A stretch of 32,000 bases of DNA from Acaryochloris marina S15 (GTDB lineage Bacteria; Cyanobacteriota; Cyanobacteriia; Thermosynechococcales; Thermosynechococcaceae). Position numbers and translations under genes: made by a program. The stretch is taken from positions 1-32,000 of the forward strand of contig NZ_CP064926.1 in assembly GCF_018336915.1 (NCBI RefSeq). The letters run 5' to 3'. The notes beneath the pieces were generated by a model. The model was given only the letters and a program-made list of their open reading frames with translations. It made no database searches and was not told where the DNA came from. Of the stretch, positions 8,548 to 17,904 are shown in pieces (position 1 is the first letter of the stretch; every line of letters begins with the position of its first letter).

Positions 8548-10519
8548 GTGCGCCGAGCAAAGCTCGGCATTGTTAGTAGGGTGTGAGTCCCTACCCTATA
8601 AGCCCTGGTCCGGCAATAGGTACTGAGTGTTGCGTCGTCATCGGTAACGGTGGCGTCGAAGCGTACACAAGGAGTTGATGGGCCACAATGCAAAAGCGTG
8701 AAGGTATAAAGCCCCGAAATGAACCATACAAGTGGATGCCGACGTGGTTTGCGACGCGGAAGGCAACACCGGAGAAGCTAACGACCAATGCTTCCGAGGG
8801 TCCACCGGGGTCTGTGACCGTGGCACGTCAATATGACAAAGTCGGGAACTCGGGAGATCCTATAGACTCCCCCTTCTTGGGGGTAGAGTGGCACAACCGG
8901 CAAACCGGAAGGAAACTCAATGGTTTATGGGAAGTCGGATGTCCTCATAGTAGTGAAGAAATGGAGTAACACCCATGGAGCGAAGGGGGACACATACAGT
9001 CACCCGTCTAACGGAAACGCCGCCCACACTCAGAGGTGGAATTTTGGCGACAACTGGAGTTAAACGGATAGCTACTCGGGCCTGTAGCCACCCAGAGGAG
9101 TCATTTACAGCGTTGATGCACCACTATACAGTGGCAAATCTACGAGCTTGTTTTGAATCCCTGGATGGCAAGAAAGCCATTGGAATAGATGGAGTGACCA
9201 AGAAGCAATATGGGCAGAACTTAGAGTTCAATCTCAAAGAATTGCACCGTAAGCTTCATCAAATGTCGTACCGGCCCCAAGCTGTACGTCAGGTCGAGAT
9301 ACCCAAAGAGGATGGCACCATGCGTCCCCTTGGGATCTGCTGTATAGAGGATAAAATTGTTCAGGAGATGACCCGTCGGATCTTAGAAGCAATCTACGAG
9401 CCAGTGTTTATTGATACGTCATATGGATTTCGCCCAAAGCGGAGCTGCCATGATGCTTTACGGCAGCTAAATTACGAGGTAATGAATAAACCTGTCAACT
9501 GGGTAGCTGATATCGACCTAGCTCAGTTTTTCAACACTATGCCCCATCAGGAAATCCTCTCAGTGATAGGCTTGCGAATCAAGGACAGGAAATTCCTTCG
9601 CCTGATTTTGCGGATGCTTAAATCGGGAGTCCAAACTCCTGGCGGTGTAATATATGACGAACTGGGTAGTCCCCAGGGTTCTATTGTCTCCCCTGTAATT
9701 GCCAATATCTTCCTGGATCATGTATTGGACCAGTGGTTTACTCAGGTAGTGACTAAACACTGCCGAGGATACTGCGCAATTATCCGCTATGCAGATGATG
9801 GCATTCTCGTGTTTGAACATGAAGATGATGCTCATCGCTTTATGTGAGTGTTGCCACGACGACTGGAGAAATTCGGCCTTCGCCTCAACACGGACAAAAC
9901 TAAGCTACTGGCCTTTGGTAAACGGCATGCTCGACATTCCTTCGGGACCGGGCAACGGCCATCAACCTTCGATTTTCTAGGGTTGACCCATTACTGGGGC
10001 CGAAGTCGCAGAGGGTATGTTCGGTTGAAACGTAAGACATCGAAGAAACGGCTGCGCCGGTCTTTAGTCGAAGTGAATCTGTGGCTTCGTCAGGTGCGAA
10101 ATACCCTAAAGTTACCTGTGTTATGGCAGGCAATAGGGAGGAAAATGCGCGGGCACTTCAACTACTTTGGAGTGAGCGACAATAGCCCTTCCTTGAACTG
10201 TTTTGAGCAGAAGATACATGAGCTTTTGTTCAAGTGGTTGAATCGCCGTAGTCAACGCCGTAGCTTTAATTGGGGTAGTTTTCAGCGCTACCGAACACGA
10301 CACCCACTGCCTCGACCAGGGCGTATAGTGTCACTGTTCCCAAGTTAGCAAACGGCTGTATGAAGAGGCTTGTGCGGGAAATCTGCAGGCAGGCTTCTGT
10401 GGGGGGGAGGCTCCCAAAGGTGCAGGGTCTAATCATGTGACACTCTCTAACCGAAAGGAGAGAGCAACAGGGAAAACAAACCTGACCTAAACATTGAAGG
10501 AGTCCTCTCTACCCGACAT
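8548..10519 (+). mobile_element. Bacterial group II intron (ribozyme plus intron-encoded RT/maturase, no endonuclease domain)
   Basis: Starts GTGCG at 8548. ttgcgac (8749-8755) is complementary to the upstream exon gtcgcaa (8541-8547), i.e. EBS1/IBS1. Domain V-like hairpin at ~10365-10397. Near the 3' end ggagagag (10457-10464) pairs with ctctct-A-cc (10505-10513), with bulged A10511 eight nt from the ...cat end (AY). The 3' boundary is less certain than the 5' one. Confidence 0.8.
8975..10348 (+). pseudogene. Group II intron reverse transcriptase/maturase with one in-frame TGA (9845-9847)
   Basis: RT blocks: IDGVTKKQY, YRPQAVRQVEIPKEDGTMRPLGI, FRPKRSCHDAL, GSPQGSIVSPVIANIFL, IRYADDGILVF. 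Then HRFM*VLPRRLEKFGLRLNTDKTKLL continues in the same frame into an X/maturase-like tail. Confidence 0.85.
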
Positions 10520-10560
10520 AATGTTTCCAGGTACAAAAATCCTCTGAGTTTCATCCAAGA

Positions 10561-11271
10561 CTAGGCTGCTAATCCAAAGATTTTGTGGATGAAAGAGATC
10601 TGTCCTAACACATCATCTTTGCCCACATTTTTGATCTGACCTTTACGGATCATGTTCATCGCTTCATACCCTTTTAAGGTTCGTCTAGCCGAGTTAAACG
10701 ATCCAAAACTCATGCCAGGATTCACCAGACGTTTTATCCCTCGATGATCCTGATCCACTATATTGTTGAGGTATTTGACCTGCCGTACTATTTTGCCTTC
10801 AGGGAGACGTTCCTCTTCCTGTAACTGCTCTACAGCAGGGGGATATGCTGGATTCTTGTCCACGTTGATCACCCGAGGTTCATGGGTATGAACCGCATTC
10901 AATGCTTTGGTCAGAAAGCGCTTCGCAGCCTTGGCGTCCCGCTTTGCTGTGAGTAAAAAGTCGAGGGTGTAGCCGTCAGAGTCTACGGCTCGATAAAGGT
11001 ACCGCCATTTTTTACGTATTTTGATGTAAGTTTCATCAACTCTCCAAGAATCATTGGTAGGCTTGAGATGTCAGCGACAGCGCTTGTCTAGCTCAGGGGA
11101 ATATTGGAGAACCCACCGATTGATGGTGCTGTGATCCACTTCCAATCCCCGCTCTAGCATCATCTCTTCTAGGTGACGATAGCTGAGGGGGTAGCGGCAA
11201 TACCATCGAACATTGAGAAGGATGATCTCAGATCGATAATGACGCCACTTGAATAGGTCAGCAGTTTTCAT
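10561..11271 (-). pseudogene. IS6-family transposase with one in-frame TGA (11071-11073)
   Basis: MKTADLFKWRHYRSEIILLNVRWYCRYPLSYRHLEEMMLERGLEVDHSTINRWV...[48 protein letters not shown]...DKNPAYP...IKRL. The frame is the same on both sides of the stop. Confidence 0.85.
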
Positions 11272-11358
11272 TGGCGGGAGAGAGAAGAAACACAGCTTCT
11301 CAGATTACCACTGGTTCTCAGCGCAGAACCTATTTTTGCGACAGAACCGTCTGAAAAT

Positions 11359-12163
11359 TCATCCGCCACTTGTGCTAGGAATAAGTTCATCATCTGAGTA
11401 TTGGAAAAGGGTAAGACTAAAGCACTCATCTTTCCTAACGCAGGAGCAACAGCAACATAGCCATAGAGATATTCACGGACAAGCGGCTGCCCACTTTCGG
11501 GTCGAATTCCAGGAGCACACCAAGCTCTTCTTACTTGCCCTAGACGACCAAAGCGCCCTTCGTCTGCTGCCATGATCACAATGGGACGTTGGTCTTCGGC
11601 TGAGCGATCTGCTACAGCGGTTTGGACCAGCCCCCGAAAGTTTTTTTAAAAGCCTCTCGTGCCGCTTTGTTTCCATTGGGATGGGACGGACGAGGCATGA
11701 GTTTGCGCCATCCGTGTCGGTCTAGCAAACGATAGATAGTACTGGGTGCCACTGACGTCTCCACTTTAGTCTCAAAGGCCGTTTGGATCTCTTGAACCGT
11801 TGTTAAATGACCTTGTTGAGCACGTTCAATAAACGATTCTAAAAATTCAATCTCTTCTTCGATACTCAGATAAGCACCGGGATTCTTCTTCCGTTTAGCC
11901 CTAGGAGCAATTGCTGCTGCTCCTAGGCGATTGTAAGCGGCAATCACCTGATGGACCGTTCGAAGACTAGTTGCAGTATGCGTGGCTATTTCGATAGCTG
12001 GGCGAGGATCTACCAGGGCGTTATAAATAATCATCCATTTTTGCTGACAGCGGGCAGTCGGAGCCGTGGCAATTTTGTCTTTCACCTCATCCACTGTTAG
12101 ATGCGGTTTAACTGTACTAACTCGACTCATACAGCGGTTTTCATATAGATGGGGGACAGACAC
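11359..12163 (-). pseudogene. IS630-family transposase, 3'-truncated by the IS6 insertion; A7 -1 frameshift site at 11642-11648
   Basis: OrfA has an HTH (..LRTVHQVIAAYNRLG..STIYRLLDRHGW). AFKK|NFRGLVQTAV...IVIMAADEGRFGRLG...YLYGYVAVAP continues in the -1 frame. The reading frame ends at ..ADEFSD exactly at the IS6 terminus (11358/11359). Confidence 0.8.
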
Positions 12164-12273
12164 AACTCTTAAAAAGCTTGATCAGTAAATACTCCAGGAT
12201 TGAATATGTCCCCTACCAACCTGCGATCCGCTGTATACTTGCGGAATGAACATAGGATTAGATCCTATCTAAA

Positions 12274-12537
12274 TTACATCTCAAAACACAAATTGGTATC
12301 AATCGACCCTGCTTTGCGCCACTCGTTGTAGTGCCAAAAGACCGTTGAGGAGGGAGGAAAGTATTTGGGTAAGTCTTCCCAATTACAGCCATTCTTGAGT
12401 CGATAGAGCATTCCATCAATGAGGTCTCGATAACTCCATTCGAGCGGGCGAGGCTTTTTCTTGAGAGGCAGAACCTTGGGTAACAGCGGTTCAAGGAGTT
12501 CCCATTCTGAATCGCTCAGACTGCTGGAATAAGCCAT
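12274..12537 (-). pseudogene. IS5-family (DUF4096-type) transposase orfA fragment
   Basis: MAYSSSLSDSEWELLEPLLPKVLPLKKKPRPLEWSYRDLIDGMLYRLKNGCNWEDLPKYFPPSSTVFWHYNEWRKAG is the conserved N-terminal module of IS5/IS1031-group transposases. No DDE part follows. Confidence 0.6.
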
Positions 12538-12599
12538 AGGACTTGGAATTGACGACACTTTCCATTGTCGAGAATTTACCAAAAGATTTCAAATGGGTT

Positions 12600-13658
12600 C
12601 TATAGTCGAACCCATTTCTTCAAGTAGGCATGTTCAAAGATCATTTCCTTTTGTATTCTGAGATCTTGACCGAAGCCCGCTTGAGACGCTCTTTGGAACA
12701 TGGCGTAGGCAATCGCAATATCGGCATAGGCTAGCCCCACAGCATTAAAGTAGGTACGCTCGTCGGGATTGGTGCGACCTGGTTTCTTGCCCGTCACTAT
12801 TTCAACAAGATTGGCATGAATATCCTCATCCTTGAGTTGCCCCTCTTTGTACATCCGGCTCAAGGTTTGGGTCCGATGTTTAACAGTTTCCCAATCATCA
12901 CAAACGATCTTGTCACAAATTTTCGCGACCTCATATTCATCTTCCCACCCCCCCACATGGCTATAGAAAGCTCCCGACTTGAACCAGTCTGCCTTGAGCA
13001 ACGGCGCTTGGGCGCTGGTTGCAGTGACAATGACATCCGCTCCCTCTATCGCATCTTGAAGATTCTCCTGGGTTCCCACAATCTTGACATCTGACAAAAT
13101 GGGGGACATTTCGGTAATAAATTGTTCTTCCTCCGCCTTATCCTTGGCCACAACCCGACAATCTGTTAGAGAAGGTAGTGCTGTTTTCATGGCAACTAGA
13201 TGCATCTTGGCCTGCTCGCCCGCCCCGATTAAACCAATGATTTGTGAGTCAGTTCGCGCTAGATACTTGGCTGCGATGGCACCCATGGCACCCACACGCA
13301 GGTTTGAGCAGAGGGTTCCTTCCATAAATGCGATTGGAAATCCATGCTCAATCTCCGACAAAATAATGACGGCAGATAAATTTTGAATGCCATGTTTGAT
13401 TGGGTTAGGGGGGAAAACTGAGACCCATTTGACCCCACAAATTTTATGGTTCTTAAATGTTGCGGGTAAACAATTGATCCGCTCTTGAGTATCGTCATCA
13501 AAAATTTGGACGATCTTGTCTGGGAAAATGACTTCCCCTTGATTGAATGATTTCAAGGCGTCTTCGGCTGCTTGCATCGCCATGCGAACATCCAAGCAGC
13601 CGGAAGCAAGTAGATCTTCCTGAGAGAAGTACTGACAATGGATTTGATGACTGAGCAT
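12600..13658 (-). CDS. Ornithine cyclodeaminase / mu-crystallin family protein (cyclodeaminase or ketimine/imine reductase)
   Basis: 352 aa with NAD Rossmann GLIGAGEQAKMHL and family-typical ...LCSNLRVGAMGAIAAKYLA and ...TYFNAVGLAYADIAIA. Confidence 0.85.
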   Translation of the reverse strand: MLSHQIHCQYFSQEDLLASGCLDVRMAMQAAEDALKSFNQGEVIFPDKIVQIFDDDTQERINCLPATFKNHKICGVKWVSVFPPNPIKHGIQNLSAVIILSEIEHGFPIAFMEGTLCSNLRVGAMGAIAAKYLARTDSQIIGLIGAGEQAKMHLVAMKTALPSLTDCRVVAKDKAEEEQFITEMSPILSDVKIVGTQENLQDAIEGADVIVTATSAQAPLLKADWFKSGAFYSHVGGWEDEYEVAKICDKIVCDDWETVKHRTQTLSRMYKEGQLKDEDIHANLVEIVTGKKPGRTNPDERTYFNAVGLAYADIAIAYAMFQRASQAGFGQDLRIQKEMIFEHAYLKKWVRL

Positions 13659-14337
13659 TTGTGTATAACCTCACTATCGTTATCAGCCTGGATCGCGAAA
13701 CAGTTAGGAAGAGATGCTCGGAACTAACGTCAAGGAATTATTTCTGAATCTTTCCCATCTGAGCTGAGGATGCTTGGGGGAAGTCGCTTACGGATTGACA
13801 ACTTTTGCCAGCGAAGGGCTTTCTGGAACGGTGAGAGCCAGGTGGCCACAGGTTATCAGCCAATCTTAAAGTATCAGATAGAGATGTTTGTTTTGGGATT
13901 TGCTAGAGAAGCTTCTAGTCAAGGGAAGGCTGAGCCCTAGCCTGAACGAATTCCTAGCGATCATCACTCTATGTAAAGTTTGCATGATTGCAACAGTAGA
14001 ATCAGGACCTATAGGGGCCAGTCCAACGTTATTTCTATTCCGCACAGCCCCCTTTAAATATGTGAGTCTCCATTACAGCGAATGCAGGACTGACCTTGAG
14101 CTGTCCACTCTGCAGTGATTATCTGATGGGGATTGCCAATATTTAGGTTGAGTGACGCCCCTACCGACCCACTTCATCAATGCATGTAATACCGTAGACC
14201 GTCGGCCTTAAGCAATGCTAAGTAAAAGGGCATGTAACTGAATTAGCGTGAAAGATAGTGTGTAAGCATTCTGACCTAGAATCGACAGTGAGACTTTGAG
14301 TCTGGGAAAATGGAAAGAGGCGTACAACAATTACTTT

Positions 14338-14634
14338 ATGTTTAAGCGGTTAAATGAAATAGAGGGGCCTACCGTCACCATTAATATTGAGGGTGCAGAT
14401 GTTCAAGTTCCTGAGGGTGAGACAGTGGCTGCGGCCGCATTAGTCCATCATTTGGGTTATACCCGCACGACTTCCCTCTCAGGAGCCCCTCGCTCACCGT
14501 TATGCATGATGGGGGTCTGCTTTGAATGCCTGATGGAAGTTGATGGGTCACCCAATCAGCAAGCCTGTCAGGTACAGGTTAAAGCGGGTATGACTATTCG
14601 TCGCCAGCAGGGAGTTGGTGGAACAGATGCCTAA
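14338..14634 (+). CDS. Small (2Fe-2S)-binding subunit (HcnA-like) of a three-subunit flavoenzyme
   Basis: Cys cluster CMMGVCFECLMEVDG....AC. Length ~98 aa from ATG 14338 (the track opens at TTG 14296). Its stop overlaps the start of the next gene. Confidence 0.75.
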   Translation: MFKRLNEIEGPTVTINIEGADVQVPEGETVAAAALVHHLGYTRTTSLSGAPRSPLCMMGVCFECLMEVDGSPNQQACQVQVKAGMTIRRQQGVGGTDA

Positions 14635-16030
14635 GTCCTATCAGCTTGTGGTGATTGGGGCTGGGCCAGGAGGACTCTGTGCCGCCACCACTGCCGCTCA
14701 GTTGGGTATGGATGTGGTGGTCCTGGATGAGCAGTCCTCGCCTGGCGGCCAAATTTACCGGGCAATCACCCGAACCCCCGCAGATCGGTCTGCCTTACTA
14801 GGGGCCGATTACCAGCGTGGGGCGAGTTTGGTTGAAGCTTTTAAGACGAGTGGGGCTCAGTATTGGCCTCAAACAACGGTGTGGTCTTTGAATGCCCAGC
14901 ATCAGATCGGAATCCTACGCCAAGGGCAAGCCTCTATCATTCAAGCGGAACGGGTGATCGTTGCCAGTGGCGCAATGGAGCGCCCAGTCCCTTTCCCAGG
15001 CTGGACCTTGCCAGGGGTCATGAATGTAGGCGCTGCCCAAATCTTGCTCAAAACCTCTGGTGTTGTCCCCGCCAGTGGGATGGTTATTGCTGGGACTGGA
15101 CCATTGCCCTTGTTGGTGGCTTGGCAATACCTCCGAGCTGGGGTATCTGTGAAAGCCATCCTTGAATGCTCACCGACCAACAACCTATGGCGTGCTGCAC
15201 CGCGTTTGCCTCAAGCTTTAAGAGCTGGAGATTACATCGCTCGTGGCTTGAAATATACGGTGGATTTATTAAAAGGTGGCGTGCCCATTTATTACGGTGT
15301 TTCTAGATTGCAGGCCCAGGGCAACGATCAGGTCGAAGCAGTGAACTTTGGTTGGGAACGATTCGGAATTGCTAGACAAAAAACACTCTCCACCAATCAT
15401 CTATTGGTGCATTTTGGCGTGATTCCCAGAACCAATTTAACCCGATCAGCAGGGTGTCATCATGTTTGGGATCGGGGCCAACAATGTTGGTGTCCCCAGG
15501 TGGATGAATGGGGTAATACCAATGTGCCAGGGCTTGCCGTCGTTGGGGATAATGCGGGGATTGGCGGTGCCCGTAGTGCCGAACACAGTGGACGATTGGC
15601 TGCCCTAGAAGCGGCTAGGAGTGTGCACCTGATCAGTCGTCAGCAGCGAGATTCCCAAGGCCAGGATGATCAGAACTGGATGCGTAAAGACCTGCGTGTC
15701 CGGCCGTTTCTAGAAACGTTATACCGACTGCCAGATTCACTCTTGGTACCCTCAGATGACGACACTATTGTCTGTCGTTGTGAAGAGATTTCAGCAGGGG
15801 CAATCCGCCGTGCTGTGCACGAAGGACATTCCGATCCGAATCAGGTCAAGTTTTTCCTGCGTTGTGGAATGGGACCTTGCCAGGGAAGACAATGTGCTTC
15901 AGTCGTGGCCCATATGGTCGCCGCCGAAAATAAGCGTCCGGTGTCTGACTATCCCCCGTTCCGAGTGCGTCCCCCGATCAGACCCTTGAGCATTGCCCAA
16001 TTGGCTGACTTAGGAGGGGCAGAAGAATGA
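14627..16030 (+). CDS. FAD/NAD(P)-binding oxidoreductase subunit (HcnB / OoxA-like) with BFD-like [2Fe-2S] domain
   Basis: VVIGAGPGGLCAA dinucleotide fold. C-terminal CRCEEISAGAIRRAV...LRCGMGPCQGRQC. ATG 14627 overlaps the upstream stop by 8 nt, with ggag at 14611-14614. Confidence 0.8.
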   Translation: MPKSYQLVVIGAGPGGLCAATTAAQLGMDVVVLDEQSSPGGQIYRAITRTPADRSALLGADYQRGASLVEAFKTSGAQYWPQTTVWSLNAQHQIGILRQGQASIIQAERVIVASGAMERPVPFPGWTLPGVMNVGAAQILLKTSGVVPASGMVIAGTGPLPLLVAWQYLRAGVSVKAILECSPTNNLWRAAPRLPQALRAGDYIARGLKYTVDLLKGGVPIYYGVSRLQAQGNDQVEAVNFGWERFGIARQKTLSTNHLLVHFGVIPRTNLTRSAGCHHVWDRGQQCWCPQVDEWGNTNVPGLAVVGDNAGIGGARSAEHSGRLAALEAARSVHLISRQQRDSQGQDDQNWMRKDLRVRPFLETLYRLPDSLLVPSDDDTIVCRCEEISAGAIRRAVHEGHSDPNQVKFFLRCGMGPCQGRQCASVVAHMVAAENKRPVSDYPPFRVRPPIRPLSIAQLADLGGAEE

Positions 16031-17142
16031 CGGCAGATGTTGTGATTATTGGGGGCGGGTTGATTGGGTCTTCGACTGCGCTCCACTTAGCTAAAGCGGG
16101 CCAAAAGGTCATAGTTTTAGAAAAAAATAGTCCTGGTCGCCATGCCTCGGGAGTTAATGCGGGAGGCCTGCGGCGGTTGAATCGTCATCCTGCGGAGATT
16201 CCTTTGGCGGTTGTTGCTGCAGAAATGTGGCGGGATATTCATGCTTTGGTGGGCAGTGACTGTGATGTGAAACTGAGCGGCCAGGTTAAGGTAGCGGAGA
16301 ATGCAGCGGATTTGCACAAGCTAGAGGAACGGGCTGCTATGGTCCGCGATCTTGGCTTTGACCATGAGCAAATCATAGATCACGATCGCCTCTACCAACT
16401 GGTGCCCGATTTAGCCCCCCATTGCGTGGGTGGATTGTATACTGCTGGAGATGGCTTGGCCCGTCCGTATCATGCACTGACGGCTTTTCGCCGAACAGCT
16501 GAGACCCTAGGTGTGGAATATTGGACGGGATGCCGGGTCACTGAATTAGAGCAGGTCGGAAGTACTTGGCGAGTTGTAACGGAACAGGCCCAGTTGGATG
16601 CCCCAATCCTCGTCAATTGTGCAGGGGCTTGGGCAGGGCAAATCTGTGCGCAATTGGAAGAACCTGTCCCGTTGACGGTGGGTGCTCCCATGATGATGGT
16701 GACTGAACGACTCCCTCCTTTCCTAGATCCGGTCGTGGGGGCTACTTCTCGCAAGTTGTCGTTTAAGCAGATGCAGAACGGGACCATACTGATTGGAGGA
16801 GCACACCTAGCCGATCATGATCTAGACCAGGAAACAACAGATATCGACTTTTCTAAACTCAGTGAAAGTAGTCGTACCGTCCTAACCCTTTTCCCCAGAA
16901 TGGCTGAAGTAAGAATTGTCAGGACATGGGCGGGGTTGGAAGCTTTTATGCCCGATCACATCCCGGTTATAGGTCCTAGTGCTAAGGTGCCTAACGTTTA
17001 TCATGCTTTTGGATTCTCTGCTCATGGTTTTCAACTTTCACCTGTAGTAGGGCGAATTATGTCAGAGTTGATTTTGGAGCAGAAGAGTTCTCTTATGATC
17101 GAACCATTTACTATTCAACGCTTCCAATCTATTTCTGGTTGA
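16027..17142 (+). CDS. DAO-family FAD-dependent oxidoreductase subunit (HcnC / OoxB / sarcosine-oxidase-beta-like)
   Basis: VVIIGGGLIGSSTALHLA and SGVNAGGLR. ATGA start/stop overlap with the upstream gene at 16027-16030. Confidence 0.85.
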   Translation: MTADVVIIGGGLIGSSTALHLAKAGQKVIVLEKNSPGRHASGVNAGGLRRLNRHPAEIPLAVVAAEMWRDIHALVGSDCDVKLSGQVKVAENAADLHKLEERAAMVRDLGFDHEQIIDHDRLYQLVPDLAPHCVGGLYTAGDGLARPYHALTAFRRTAETLGVEYWTGCRVTELEQVGSTWRVVTEQAQLDAPILVNCAGAWAGQICAQLEEPVPLTVGAPMMMVTERLPPFLDPVVGATSRKLSFKQMQNGTILIGGAHLADHDLDQETTDIDFSKLSESSRTVLTLFPRMAEVRIVRTWAGLEAFMPDHIPVIGPSAKVPNVYHAFGFSAHGFQLSPVVGRIMSELILEQKSSLMIEPFTIQRFQSISG

Positions 17143-17430
17143 CATTCTCTCCCAGCAACTCTATCGGGTATGCAAGGAGATTCCCATTGCCTGCAAACAT
17201 CTGACAAAAATTCAATATTTTTCTCTAAGTTCATCTCCATAGGCTGAACTTAGAATTGATCGGAAGTGGAAAGGATACAAACAACGCTCGTTCTAACGGA
17301 TTCGGAGGTCTATTAGAATTCAAGCCTATTGAGTGTTTCGAGAAGCTATATCTCCTTTCACTCTTAACGGGTGACAAGGTAATCCAAGGTTATGCGTAGC
17401 AATGAATTGAGAAAATAGTAGGGCAAAAAA

Positions 17431-17459
17431 ATAGGGAGTACGATTGTACTCCCATCTCA
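17431..17459 (-). terminator. Intrinsic terminator on the minus strand, ~445 nt downstream of the IS110-family recombinase gene
   Basis: On the minus strand: gggagtac-aatc-gtactccc followed by tattttttt (8-bp GC-containing stem, tetraloop, U-tract). Confidence 0.6.
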
Positions 17460-17904
17460 AAAAATGTTCCCTGCATCATACCAAACTACTCTCCGTGCTC
17501 AGTCATGTGGATTGTCAACCGGAATGTCAAAATATTCTTTTTAATTCCAACAAAAACTAAACCCAAACTCTAAATAATGACAAAGATGGGTAAATTTGAT
17601 TGGAATACCTATTCTGTTCAACTTAGATATCTAGCCTTGCAATCTATGACCTCCAATAGTCTAATTTGGAAGAAAAGTTTATTGAAATGACTTCCTCGAC
17701 ATTCAGTCATTCGTAAGTCATAGTCGTAACTACGCTACATATTCCTCATTCGTTATAGAAAAAGGTCTGTGCCCTATACATCTGAAAGTGGTCAGTATAC
17801 TGCTCACATCGCTCGGACCTGGGTCACAGTAGTGGAAAGTTGTCGATATTGTCTTTCCGTAAGTTATTTCTTCCTGTTGAATTTTTTCTTTGTGATAGGG
17901 CTAT

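Larger units (their letters stand above)
8535..11358 (-). mobile_element. IS6-family element (~852 bp without its passenger) carrying a group II intron inside one terminal inverted repeat
   Basis: The end at 11358 reads, as reverse complement, ggttctgtcgcaaaa. The other end reads ggttgtgtcgcaa (8535-8547) and resumes aa.. at 10520, giving a 14/15 match once 8548-10519 is removed. No flanking direct repeat was found. Confidence 0.7.

Noticed and set aside
8466-8969. Four short ORFs (both strands) between the SulP gene and the RT ORF
   Set aside because: They fall in intron domains I-III (structured ribozyme RNA starting GTGCG at 8548) and in the IS6 tip. There is no coding signal.
9845-11073. 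The idea that the two in-frame TGAs reflect TGA recoding (Trp/Sec) in this organism
   Set aside because: TGA clearly terminates well-supported genes here, for example the HcnB-like gene at 16028-16030 and the CopD-like gene at 31137-31139. No SECIS-like context was recognised. Independent nonsense mutations are the simpler reading.
11473-11676. 67-aa ORF spanning the IS630 orfA/orfB junction
   Set aside because: It is the third frame across the A7 frameshift site, and its Arg/Ser-rich composition is typical of an off-frame reading. The -1 frame gives the expected FKKNFRGL.. continuation.
12591-12617. 10-bp inverted repeat aaatgggttc..gaacccattt overlapping the OCD stop codon as a terminator
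   Set aside because: The hairpin is real, but the downstream tract on the minus strand (gaaatctttt) is a weak U-run. It could equally be the edge of the adjacent IS5 remnant, so it is left uncalled.
13888-14118. 76-aa ORF in the 640-bp divergent intergenic region, and a possible riboswitch there
   Set aside because: The ORF has no RBS or recognisable motif. I could not recognise any known riboswitch consensus by eye.
14338-17142. Calling the three-gene operon hydrogen cyanide synthase (hcnABC) outright
   Set aside because: The subunit sizes and order fit HcnABC, but they fit opine oxidases and D-hydroxyproline/proline dehydrogenases equally well. The adjacent OCD-family gene points away from HCN synthesis. 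The sequence alone cannot discriminate.
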